32,000 nucleotides of DNA from Gemmata obscuriglobus (GCF_008065095.1 NZ_CP042911.1:6690001-6722000); one strand, 5' to 3'; shown: positions 17,237 to 26,689, numbered from the stretch's first letter. A program made the numbers and translations. The notes: generated from the sequence alone by a model not told the origin.

Positions 17237-18406
17237 TTACGGCAGCATTTCCACTCCCAGCAGCGTAAAATCGTCGGCGTGGTGAAGGTGCTGGAGCAAC
17301 TCGCGGGCAACCGCGTCGACGAACTCCGAACCGGTCGCGGCGCGGTGCCTCGTTACGGCGTCCAGCAGCCGGTCGGCCGCCCCCGGGCCGGGCGCCCCAT
17401 CGGGGCGCGTCCCGTCGGTCCCGATTAGTAGGCGGTCTCCGGGTTTCAGCACCCCAGTAAGCGGCTGGTAGGTCGTATCGGCGGTACCTAGGAACGGCCC
17501 CGGCACGGTCCACACCGTTGCCGACCCGTTCGCCGGAAGGTGGACCGGCGGGGGTGATCCCGCTCGCGCCAGCGTCACCGCTCCGGTTTTGGCGTTCAGT
17601 ACCCCGCTCAGCATCGCCACCAGGGGCACGTCGTCCGCGCCAAGCCCCACCAACTGACGGTTCACCGTCGTGAGCACCTCTTCCGGCGGTACGATACGGT
17701 AGCTGTGCCCGGTGATCTCTTTGAGCACCGCGGACTGTTGAACGAACACACCCAACAGCCCTCCCGTCGAGGCGCCGGAGCCGACCAGTTCGCCCACGAA
17801 GAACCCGACGTGGTTCTCGTCGAGTCGGCGCACCTCGTGGAAGTCGCCGCCGGTGCGGTGCCGCGCCCGGTAGCACACGTGAAACCGCGCGCCACACACC
17901 TGCGGGAACGATTTCGGCAGGAAGGTCGCCTGCACCCGCCGGGCCATCTCCTGTTCGCGATCGAGCTGCGTGAGGGCCTTCTTCAACTGATCCCCGAGCA
18001 GCCGCGCCTCCGCGGCGCGGACCGCGACGCGCGACGCGTTCGCCTGCGTGCGGGCCATCGCCCGGAGTTGGGCGAAGAGCGTACCGGCGTCGGCCGAGTC
18101 CGTCAGCACTGCGTCGGCTCCGGCGGCAAGGCCGGCGGCGACCGCCGACGTGGGGGCCAGCCACAGCACCGGGACGACGATGTCGCCGAGTTCGGCGCGC
18201 CAGCGCCGGGTCTGAGCCGCCGCGGCCTCGACCCGCGCGCCCGTCGCGACCACCGCGACCGCCACGGCGGCGAAGTCCACCGCGGGGGCCGCACCGAGCG
18301 AGTGATCGGCGACCGCGAACCCCGCGGAGGCGATCAGCTTCCGCAGCTCGATCGCGTCGGGCCAGCCGGCGGGGGCGCTCAGGAGGACGGTCGCGGGTGT
18401 CGGCAT
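17237..18406 (-). CDS. PP2C/SpoIIE-family serine phosphatase with an N-terminal degenerate receiver-like domain
   Basis: I chose the internal ATG 18406 (MPTPATVLLSAP...). The longer track ORF would overlap the divergent BFN gene. The C-terminal half carries RVQATFLP, GGDFHEV, ENHVGFFVGELVGSGASTGG, LIGTDG and FTLLGVE, typical of SpoIIE/RsbU-type PP2C. Confidence 0.85.
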   Translation of the reverse strand: MPTPATVLLSAPAGWPDAIELRKLIASAGFAVADHSLGAAPAVDFAAVAVAVVATGARVEAAAAQTRRWRAELGDIVVPVLWLAPTSAVAAGLAAGADAVLTDSADAGTLFAQLRAMARTQANASRVAVRAAEARLLGDQLKKALTQLDREQEMARRVQATFLPKSFPQVCGARFHVCYRARHRTGGDFHEVRRLDENHVGFFVGELVGSGASTGGLLGVFVQQSAVLKEITGHSYRIVPPEEVLTTVNRQLVGLGADDVPLVAMLSGVLNAKTGAVTLARAGSPPPVHLPANGSATVWTVPGPFLGTADTTYQPLTGVLKPGDRLLIGTDGTRPDGAPGPGAADRLLDAVTRHRAATGSEFVDAVARELLQHLHHADDFTLLGVEMLP

Positions 18407-18445
18407 CGGTGTTCGGGTGTTTGGTGTTTCGTGTTCGGTGTTTAG
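18407..18445 (-). promoter_or_regulatory. CA-rich ACACC-repeat 5' leader of the PP2C gene
   Basis: mRNA sense: CTAAACACCGAACACGAAACACCAAACACCCGAACACCG|ATG. It contains the 12-mer CACCCGAACACC one nt before the ATG. Confidence 0.4.
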
Positions 18446-18511
18446 TATGAACTCCGTCGGTCCCGTTCCGCCCGCGGCCCGCGCCACCCAACACGAAGCC
18501 CCCGGACGCCG

Positions 18512-18913
18512 ATGCCTATTCAGATGGAACTCCGCCGGATCATCATCAGTGAGCTGGTCGAGCACCAGATCGTCGTGCTGAAGGAAGTGGACGGCGAGCG
18601 GCACTTCCCGATCGTCATCGGCATTTTCGAGGCGACCAGCATCGACCGCCGGGTGAAGGGCATTCAGGCCCCGCGCCCGCTGACGCACGACCTGATCAGT
18701 GCGGTGGTGGAGCAACTGGGCGGCGAGATCCAGGATATCGTTATCAACGACCTGAAGGAGCACACGTATTACGCGCAGCTCCGCATCCGCAAGGACGGCG
18801 AGTTGACCAAAGTGGACTGCCGGCCCAGCGACGCGATCGCGGTGGCGGTGGCGAACCGGGTGCCGATTTACGTTGCGGAGGATGTACTGGGCGAAGCGCT
18901 CGAAGACGAATAG
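18512..18913 (+). CDS. Bifunctional nuclease (BFN/DUF151) family protein
   Basis: FPIVIG..EA..I......G....RPLTHDL........LGG.I..V.I......TYYA.L........VDCRPSDAIAVA....PIYV matches the DUF151 pattern. Confidence 0.85.
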   Translation: MPIQMELRRIIISELVEHQIVVLKEVDGERHFPIVIGIFEATSIDRRVKGIQAPRPLTHDLISAVVEQLGGEIQDIVINDLKEHTYYAQLRIRKDGELTKVDCRPSDAIAVAVANRVPIYVAEDVLGEALEDE

Positions 18914-18937
18914 CTCCGTGCCAGAGCGTTAAATGGT

Positions 18938-18965
18938 AGCGGGCGGCGCACCTGCGCCGCCCGCT
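18938..18965. terminator. GC-rich hairpin between convergent genes (candidate bidirectional terminator)
   Basis: AGCGGGCGGCGCA-cc-TGCGCCGCCCGCT has perfect 13-nt arms. It lies between the BFN stop (18913) and the rplC stop (18997). There is no clear U-tract. Confidence 0.5.
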
Positions 18966-18996
18966 GAACTCGAGCCCGGGATTCACCCGGTTGAGG

Positions 18997-19905
18997 TTAC
19001 TTCTTCTTGGCGGCCGTGGCGGGGGCGACCCGAGCCTTGGTCTTGGCCTTGGGCGAACCCGGGCCGACCTTGTTCGTCGGGCGCACCATCACCACCGCGC
19101 CGTTGAAGCCCGGGATGCCGCCGCGAATCAACATCAGGTTGTTCTCGACGTCGACTTTCACGACCGTCAGGTTGCGGATCGTCACCCGCTCGTTGCCGTA
19201 CTGGCCCGCGCGCCGCAGGCCCTTCTTCGGGCGGCCGGTACCACGGTTGCTCGCCAGCGACGCGGTCGAACCGGCCTGGCGGTGTACCTTCTTCGCACCG
19301 TGCGCGGCTGGCATACCGTCGAAGTTGTGCCGCTTCATCACACCGGTGTACCCGCGGCCCTTGGTCGTGCCGATCACGTCGACCGCCTGCACGTCCTTGA
19401 AGACCTGATCCACGGTCAGCTTGTCACCGACCTTGAGAGTCACGTCTTCCGTGTACAGCTCGTGCTTTTGGGTCGCGCCCTCACCGCTCACCTTGATCCG
19501 CTCGACCTTGAAGCTCGCTTCGGCGGGGCCGGCCTTGATGGTGCCGGTCTGCACGAACGCGCCGCCCAGGTCGATCCGGAACTCGCGGATCACCTTTTGC
19601 GGCTCGCAGTCGGCCTTCGGCGGGAGGACAACGCCGGCCTTCTGGCGGGCGTCTTTCCGCTTCGACTTCAGCCCCGCGGCGACGTGCCCCTGTTCGGGGC
19701 GGGTCGCGCTCTTCCGCTTCTTGTCTTTGAACCCGAGCTGGATGGCCGTGTAGCCGTCCTTCGCCGCGCCCCCCTCGGCGCTGGGGTACTTGATCTGCAG
19801 CACCGGGCACGGCCCGAGTTGCAGCACGGTCACCGGCTCGGCCTTCCCTTCGGGGGTGAAGACCTGAGTCATGCCCACCTTGTAGCCGATCAGTCCGAGA
19901 GCCAT
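18997..19905 (-). CDS. rplC: 50S ribosomal protein L3, expanded form (302 aa)
   Basis: Internal ATG 19905: MALGLIGYKVGMTQVF...PVTV. It also shows DGYTAIQLGF, GTTKGRGYTGVMKRHNF and GQYGNERVTIRNL.VVKVD.E.NL.LI.G..PG. The 5' part of the track ORF is Arg/Pro-rich and not L3-like. Confidence 0.93.
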   Translation of the reverse strand: MALGLIGYKVGMTQVFTPEGKAEPVTVLQLGPCPVLQIKYPSAEGGAAKDGYTAIQLGFKDKKRKSATRPEQGHVAAGLKSKRKDARQKAGVVLPPKADCEPQKVIREFRIDLGGAFVQTGTIKAGPAEASFKVERIKVSGEGATQKHELYTEDVTLKVGDKLTVDQVFKDVQAVDVIGTTKGRGYTGVMKRHNFDGMPAAHGAKKVHRQAGSTASLASNRGTGRPKKGLRRAGQYGNERVTIRNLTVVKVDVENNLMLIRGGIPGFNGAVVMVRPTNKVGPGSPKAKTKARVAPATAAKKK

Positions 19906-20254
19906 CGCACTTCGCCTTTCGCCGCCCCGTGGGGCAGTCTGTTCGCCAGGGGCCGGCCTGCGATCAACGCCAAGTGCGTTACGCATCAGCCGTTTGGATA
20001 CCCCCGCGCGTGGAAGTGCAAATTGTAGCGGTCGCTGCGGCGGCGGCCAGTGAGCCGCCGGCGCGGCGGCCGGGGGGCGTTGGACGCGGCGCGGTGCGTG
20101 GGGCATGTTTCCGGGCGCGAGGGCACGGACGAGAAGGTCGGGTGACGGCCGCAGCGCACCGGCGCCGTCACGAATCGGTCACGAGCCCGTTGCGAACGGC
20201 TTGACCCGGCGGGTACGATTGAATCGCCTTTGCACATCATCGAAGGGGCACAAC

Positions 20255-21739
20255 ATGAGGCGGTTGTTCGCGGTGCTCGGGACCTGCGGGCTGGCCATCG
20301 GGATCGCAACCGCCGCCGACCCGCCCCCCGTCGTCACCGCGTCGCAACTGATCGAGCGGCTCGGGGCCGGCGACTTTCGCGAGCGCGAGGCCGCCACGGC
20401 TGCACTTCACAAAGCCGGCCCGGGTGCGATCCCCTTGCTCCGCGAGGCCCTTAAATCCGACGACCCGGAGGTCCGGCAGCGGGCCGCGGGGGTCCTGTTC
20501 CGGCTCCAGCGGACCGCCGAAAGTACGGCGATGCTCGCGCCGAAAAAGTTGCGCCTGGCGTACCGTGCCACGCCGCTGGGCACCGCGGTCAACGATCTCA
20601 GTGCGCGCACCGGCGTCCGAATCGTGCTGGACACCGGTCGCATTGCCAACCCGCTCCGCACGGTCACCTGCGAGACCGACGAGTTGCCGGCTTGGGAAGC
20701 GATCGAGCGGTTTTGCGCGGCGGCTGGGCTCGAAGAGGTACACAAGCTCGAACTCGAGTTGCAGAAACCGCCGCAAGGCCGCCGCGGTTACGTGTCGCTG
20801 CCACAACCGCCCAGCGCGGACGCGGTCCCGGTCACCCTTGCGGACGGGACCGCGCGATTGTCCGGCGGGCGCGACACCGCGGTGCGCGTAACCGCCCTGC
20901 CGCGAACGTTCCCCGGCCACCGGGTGACGCTCGGGACCGGAGAAACGACGCTGTGCTTCGATATCGCCCCCGCACCCGGTTTGAACTGGCAGGACGTTAT
21001 CGCGGTGCGGGTCCATAAGCTCATCGACGACGCCGGGCGCCCGGGTTCCGGCGGGTCGACGCCCCCGCCACCGGCGTCCGGTGGTGGCGAAGTCGTTGTG
21101 GCCTGGGGCGGTGCCGCGGGCGGCGCCTTCATGCCCGCGGTCGGGGCCGCCCGGTTCGATTCGCGCACCGGTCAGCCGCTCCTACCGGACACGGTACCGA
21201 ACCCGCGCGTCGTGCCGGTACCGCTGAAGCTCGGCACCCCCACTGCGAAGAGCATCAAACGCCTCGAAGGGTGCGTCGTCGGGGAAATTCACGTTCCGAG
21301 CCAGCCGCTCATCACGATCTCCGATCCGACGAAGCACGTCGGGCGTGTATTCGATGGACCGGGGCAGACGCGTCTGACGGTACTGTCGATGAACGAAAAG
21401 GGGAACGTCGTCACCGCGCGGGTGGCGATACAGTACCCGTCGCCGTGGGCGTCGAGCGCGCGCCGGGGGCGGAACCCGGGCGGGTTGTGGCCGGAAGCGC
21501 CGCGCGGGCCGGGAATGTCCATGACCGTGCAGGCGCTCGACGCGAGTGGCAAGGTCTCACCCTATCAAACCCTCAACATCGACTTCAGTGATTCGGGTGA
21601 CGGCGGGCAGGTGCTCGTTCAGCACCTCGACCTGGGGTTCCGGAACGCAGTCGGCGCGCCCGCGAAGCTGGTGCTGGTCGGCCCACGCCCCGTTGTCGTC
21701 GAGGTGCCGTTCGTACTGGAGAACGTGCCGCTACCATAG
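20255..21739 (+). CDS. Secreted hypothetical protein with an N-terminal HEAT-like repeat module
   Basis: Internal ATG 20255 (AAGGGG upstream). Signal peptide MRRLFAVLGTCGLAIGIATA. GDFREREAATAALHKAGPGAIPLLREALKSDDPEVRQRAAGVLFRL is HEAT-like. I cannot assign the remainder. Confidence 0.7.
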   Translation: MRRLFAVLGTCGLAIGIATAADPPPVVTASQLIERLGAGDFREREAATAALHKAGPGAIPLLREALKSDDPEVRQRAAGVLFRLQRTAESTAMLAPKKLRLAYRATPLGTAVNDLSARTGVRIVLDTGRIANPLRTVTCETDELPAWEAIERFCAAAGLEEVHKLELELQKPPQGRRGYVSLPQPPSADAVPVTLADGTARLSGGRDTAVRVTALPRTFPGHRVTLGTGETTLCFDIAPAPGLNWQDVIAVRVHKLIDDAGRPGSGGSTPPPPASGGGEVVVAWGGAAGGAFMPAVGAARFDSRTGQPLLPDTVPNPRVVPVPLKLGTPTAKSIKRLEGCVVGEIHVPSQPLITISDPTKHVGRVFDGPGQTRLTVLSMNEKGNVVTARVAIQYPSPWASSARRGRNPGGLWPEAPRGPGMSMTVQALDASGKVSPYQTLNIDFSDSGDGGQVLVQHLDLGFRNAVGAPAKLVLVGPRPVVVEVPFVLENVPLP

Positions 21740-21864
21740 CGCCTCCTGCATCGGCCGTGCTCGCGACGCCCGGCCGGCCCTGAAGGATTCCGCAACACGC
21801 TCGCACCCGGCACTTCGACCAACGAGCGCGGCGCGGCTCCGCTCGCCAGTGACCGGCGCCGGAG

Positions 21865-22884
21865 ATGAACCACTCCCCCTCTTCGTGTGTCCGTGGGCTC
21901 ACCATGAGCGACCAACTCCCTACCGACCACGCAGACCGGATGAAACGCGCCGCGCTGGCCCTCACGGGTCTTTCCGTGGGCGACGCGCTGGGTGAGACGT
22001 GCTTCCAGGCTCACAACTACGAGGCGGTCCTCGAAGACCCGCGGGCCACGGCGAGAGGCCCCTGGCCGTTCACCGACGACACCGCCATGGCGCTCAGCCT
22101 TTACGAGGTGCTGAACGAGTGCGGCCGGGTGGACCAAGATCGGCTCGCGCAGCGGTTCGCGGCGCGGTATAAGGCGCAGCCGTGGCGCGGGTACGGCGGC
22201 GGGGCTCACCGCCTCTTGCAGCAGATCGGGAACGGGCTCCCCTGGCGGGCCGCGGCCGAGGTCGTGTTTCCGGGCGGCTCGTTCGGCAACGGGAGCGCGA
22301 TGCGCATCGGCCCGCTCGCGGGGTATTTTGCCGAGGACGGCTACGACGTGATCGCGGAGCAGGCGCGGCTGTCCGCAGAGGTAACGCACCTCCATCCGGA
22401 AGGTGTTGCGGGCGCGATCGCCGCGGCCGTCGCCGGCGCGGTCGCGTGGCGGAACCGGGACCGCCACGCAGACGAGGCCGCCCGCCACGAACTGTTCGAC
22501 ACGGCCCTCGCACACACGCCTCCGAGCCTGGTTCGCGCCGGGATCGAGCGGGCGCGCAACCTCACGTTCGACTTTTCCACAGAACCTGTGGTGAAGCTCC
22601 TGAATCACGGGTTCATGGTCGTTCCGTTTGATACGTCAGTGGAGCCTATTGTGCGCGCACTGGGGAACGGCTCTCAAATCTCCTGTCAGGACACGGTGCC
22701 GTTTTGCCTGTGGGTGGCGGCATCGCACTTGCACGACTACGAGCGGGCCGTTGCGCAAACGATCCGCGCTCGTGGCGACATTGACACCAATTGTGCGATC
22801 GTGGGCGGCATTGTGGCACTTGCGGTAGGCGAATCCGGCGTTCCTACTGACTGGCTCGCGGACCGTGAAGAACTCGTGGTTTAA
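21865..22884 (+). CDS. ADP-ribosylglycohydrolase family protein (DraG/ARH-like)
   Basis: GDALG, FTDDTAMAL, GNGSAMRIGPL and GDIDTNCAIVGGIVALAVG..GVP..W. ATG 21904 (MSDQ) is an alternative start. Confidence 0.88.
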   Translation: MNHSPSSCVRGLTMSDQLPTDHADRMKRAALALTGLSVGDALGETCFQAHNYEAVLEDPRATARGPWPFTDDTAMALSLYEVLNECGRVDQDRLAQRFAARYKAQPWRGYGGGAHRLLQQIGNGLPWRAAAEVVFPGGSFGNGSAMRIGPLAGYFAEDGYDVIAEQARLSAEVTHLHPEGVAGAIAAAVAGAVAWRNRDRHADEAARHELFDTALAHTPPSLVRAGIERARNLTFDFSTEPVVKLLNHGFMVVPFDTSVEPIVRALGNGSQISCQDTVPFCLWVAASHLHDYERAVAQTIRARGDIDTNCAIVGGIVALAVGESGVPTDWLADREELVV

Positions 22885-23086
22885 TCACCCGGTCTCAGGC
22901 ATGAGCCCTTGACGATGTTCGTCGGTCGGTCACGACGTTTCAAGATGTGCGGGTGGAGACGAGTTTGAGTCTGAGGTAAACTGGCTGCCGTACTCGGTCT
23001 ACAACGTAAGTGGTACCCGCGTTTAACGCTTCCGATCGTAGCGACGACCCGATCCGCCTATATCACCCAGTTTGCGCCGTTTCCCT

Positions 23087-23115
23087 TTGACGAGTTTTTG
23101 CTACCAACCTACCAT
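23087..23115 (+). promoter_or_regulatory. Candidate sigma70-like promoter for the TIGR03000 gene
   Basis: TTGACG (23087..23092), 17-nt spacer, TACCAT (23110..23115), about 58 nt upstream of ATG 23174. This is a pattern match only. Confidence 0.25.
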
Positions 23116-23173
23116 CGTGAACATCCGGGGCGCTCTCTGCGTCTCCGTGTTTCGGTCGTAGAGGTTGCAACTT

Positions 23174-24001
23174 ATGTACAGCATCGTGATGCTTACTGCC
23201 ATGTCGACGGGAGCCGACGTCACTCCGCCCCCAGCGCCCGCCGTTGCCGTTCCGATTGCGAGCGGCTGCTGTGGTGCAATTCCGGTCGGGTGTCACGGTT
23301 CCTGCACCGGCGCGTATTACTACCGTTCATCGTGCCACGGCTCCTGCCACGGCCACGTCTCGCGAAGCGCCTTCTTGGGCCTCCGGTCCTCGTGCCACGG
23401 GTGCAGCGGGTACTCGTGCTCCGGCTACAACTGCTTCGGTTCGTGCTACGGCTCGTACGTCGCGAGCTACGGCTCTTGCTCCGGGTGCTCGGGCACCTTC
23501 AGCTACGGCTCGACGTGGGGACCGCCCATCGGGATGCCGCCGTACACGCTGCACGGTTATAACACCGGCCTCGCGGGTTACGGCCCGGGCGCACCGGTCG
23601 TGGCCGGCTACACCGATCCGAACGCGGTCTGGGGCGCGTACCCCGCCAACCCGAACCGCCCGCCGGTGATGACCGTCCCGGTGGCCCCGCCGCCCGCGGC
23701 CCCCAAGTCGTCCGACGGCGGTACGATGGGCGCGAATTTGAAGTTCGTGCTCCCGGCTGACGCGAAGCTGTTCGTTGACGGCCAGCCGGCCCTGGGCACC
23801 GGCACTGAGCGCACGTTCTACACCCCGCCGCTCGTGGTCGGGCAGAAGTTCTTCTACGACGTGAAGGCCGAACTTGTCGTCGACGGCAAGACGGTTACGG
23901 AAGAGAAGCGGGTGATCGTGGAGGCCGGCGCGAGCGTGACCGAGTCGTTCCCGAAGTTGGTCGCAGCCGTGAAGCCCGACACCACTGTTGCCGGAAAATA
24001 A
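23174..24001 (+). CDS. TIGR03000-domain protein with a Cys/His/Gly/Ser/Tyr-rich N-terminal half
   Basis: ATG 23174 (GAGGT 9 nt upstream). The family-typical N-terminus is MYSIVMLTAMSTG. Then come GCCG..GCHGSCTG..SCHGSCHGH..SCHGCSGYSCSGYNCFGSCYGSY..SCSGCSG. The C-terminus reads ANLKFVLPADAKLFVDGQP..TGTERTFYTPPLVVGQKFFYDVKAELVVDGKTVTEEKRVIVEAGASV. Confidence 0.85.
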   Translation: MYSIVMLTAMSTGADVTPPPAPAVAVPIASGCCGAIPVGCHGSCTGAYYYRSSCHGSCHGHVSRSAFLGLRSSCHGCSGYSCSGYNCFGSCYGSYVASYGSCSGCSGTFSYGSTWGPPIGMPPYTLHGYNTGLAGYGPGAPVVAGYTDPNAVWGAYPANPNRPPVMTVPVAPPPAAPKSSDGGTMGANLKFVLPADAKLFVDGQPALGTGTERTFYTPPLVVGQKFFYDVKAELVVDGKTVTEEKRVIVEAGASVTESFPKLVAAVKPDTTVAGK

Positions 24002-24002
24002 A

Positions 24003-24152
24003 CAGAAGGGCGATTGGCCACAAAAAAGCACAAGAGGCACAAAAGGAAACCAGAGACCAAAGACACAAGAGTGCGTTCAAAACACTGCTTCTGTCTTCGT
24101 CTCTGGTTTCCTTTTGTGCCTCTTGTGCTTTTTGTGGCCAATCGCCCTTCTG
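24003..24152. repeat. ~150-nt A/T-enriched inverted repeat forming a near-perfect long hairpin (55/54-nt arms)
   Basis: CAGAAGGGCGATTGGCCACAAAAAAGCACAAGAGGCACAAAAGGAAACCAGAGAC (24003..24057) pairs with its reverse complement at 24099..24152. The only difference is a single A6/T5 indel. The 41-nt centre is itself partly self-complementary. The element fills the gap between the convergent stops at 24001 and 24157. Confidence 0.95.
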
Positions 24153-24156
24153 GTCT

Positions 24157-25113
24157 TCAAAAGTCGGCCGGGACCACTTCACCGCCGCCACGGGTGCCGA
24201 GGGCGGCCAACGTGCGAATCGCCATCCCTTCGCGCAAGAACCGGACACTTCCGTCGGCCATCGCGACATTCGCCCCGCCGGTGTGAAACGCGTAAATTTC
24301 GAACGAGTTGTTGCAGTTGATCGCGCACGGCCCCACGAACGTGTTCCCGTCGGCGGAAGTGCCTTCGATCCCAAACCCCTTGTCGTGGTCCGCCCAGGTG
24401 CCGCCGACCAGCGTGCCGGTGGCGGTGCCGTCGCCGCCAAACGATGGGTCGCGGTCGCTCACCCGTTTACCCTTCACCCAGTATTCGGGTCGGTTCGCGT
24501 CTTCCACGAGTAAAAGCGTGTTCGACAGCCCGTCGGTGATCTGTGCAACCGTTGAGCCCTGTGAACTCATCACCCCGCGCCACACGGCCGACGGGTCTTG
24601 GTAGCCGAGGTCGGTGAGCAGCGCGAGCGCCACCACCGCAACGTTCGAGTAGTCCCAGGCCGCCGCGGTGTAGGACGCCGGGCCGCCCGGAGCAGCCGAC
24701 CGGCCGGAGCGCGCCCCGTTCGCGCTCGGGCAGAGGAAGGTTTTTACCTTGCTGTTCCGCGGCACCTCGTTGACCGCATCGTACCAGTTCGCGGTCGCCA
24801 CGTAGGTGTTGCGCACGGCCTCCTGTTCCAGGTCCGGCAGGATCAGCACCGGCCACCCGTTGTACGGCCCGAACGTGTTCGACCCCGGGTACTTGCCGTT
24901 CCGCACCTCGTAGTTGGTCAGTGCCAGCGCCATCTGCTTGAGGTTGTTCTGGCAACTCATACGCGCGGCGGCGTCGCGCACCTTTTGGACGGCCGGCAAC
25001 AAAAGCCCGATCAGGACCGCGATGATCGCGATCACCACCAGCAGCTCGATCAGCGTGAACCCCGCTCGGCGCGCGGGGCGGGTGGTCGGGGGCAGAGTAG
25101 GCGCGAAATGCAT
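24157..25113 (-). CDS. DUF1559 protein with a prepilin-type N-terminal cleavage/methylation motif and a C-terminal H-X9-DG motif
   Basis: [43 protein letters not shown] is the N-terminal signature. The C-terminus has [12 protein letters not shown], which fits H-x9-DG. Confidence 0.93.
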   Translation of the reverse strand: MHFAPTLPPTTRPARRAGFTLIELLVVIAIIAVLIGLLLPAVQKVRDAAARMSCQNNLKQMALALTNYEVRNGKYPGSNTFGPYNGWPVLILPDLEQEAVRNTYVATANWYDAVNEVPRNSKVKTFLCPSANGARSGRSAAPGGPASYTAAAWDYSNVAVVALALLTDLGYQDPSAVWRGVMSSQGSTVAQITDGLSNTLLLVEDANRPEYWVKGKRVSDRDPSFGGDGTATGTLVGGTWADHDKGFGIEGTSADGNTFVGPCAINCNNSFEIYAFHTGGANVAMADGSVRFLREGMAIRTLAALGTRGGGEVVPADF

Positions 25114-25303
25114 TGCGTAAACAGCCTCACTCAGATGCGACCGGGCGAAACGGGATTTCTAGTGGCGCCCGACGCGAGCGAACACCACGTTGAAGCGAAT
25201 TGCCCCGCCCCTCGAACTGCCGTATAACACGCGCATCCTTCCAAATAGGAAGTCCATGCCGGTGCGCGTCCTGCCGCGCGACCGCCCGCACGAGAGGATT
25301 GCC

Positions 25304-26569
<1,266 letters not shown>

Positions 26570-26663
26570 CCACGCGGGAAAGGAACCAGCCGAACCGAAC
26601 GATCGGCGGCTGGTGTCATACCGAATTCGGTTGAAGGGTAACCACTCACCAGGGGGTAGGTTA

Positions 26664-26689
26664 CACCCGCCGGCTGACACCGGCGGGTG
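26664..26689. terminator. GC-rich hairpin in the metK/cheB convergent spacer
   Basis: CACCCGCCGG-ctgaca-CCGGCGGGTG is a perfect 10-bp stem with no U-tract. It is one of at least five stems in 26584..26756. Confidence 0.35.

Noticed and set aside
18407-18763. 5' extension of the PP2C ORF (track 17237..18763)
   Set aside because: It would overlap the divergent BFN gene (18512..18913) in antisense. The extension has no homology-like features. ATG 18406 is preceded by the CA-rich leader.
19906-20106. 5' extension of rplC (track 18997..20106)
   Set aside because: L3 proteins begin M..G..G.K.GMT, which is found at ATG 19905. The extension is Arg/Pro/Ala-rich.
21619-22608. 329-aa minus-strand ORF
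   Set aside because: It is antisense to the ADP-ribosylglycohydrolase gene.
23854-24320. Short ORFs 23854..24141 (-), 23988..24320 (+) and 24014..24286 (+)
   Set aside because: They arise from the two arms of the 150-nt inverted repeat and overlap real gene ends.
25114-25303. Possible SAM riboswitch in the metK leader
   Set aside because: I could not find SAM-I, SAM-II or SAM-SAH core elements by eye. Only a 5-bp CTTCC/GGAAG hairpin is present. A cmscan search would be decisive, but I do not claim a riboswitch.
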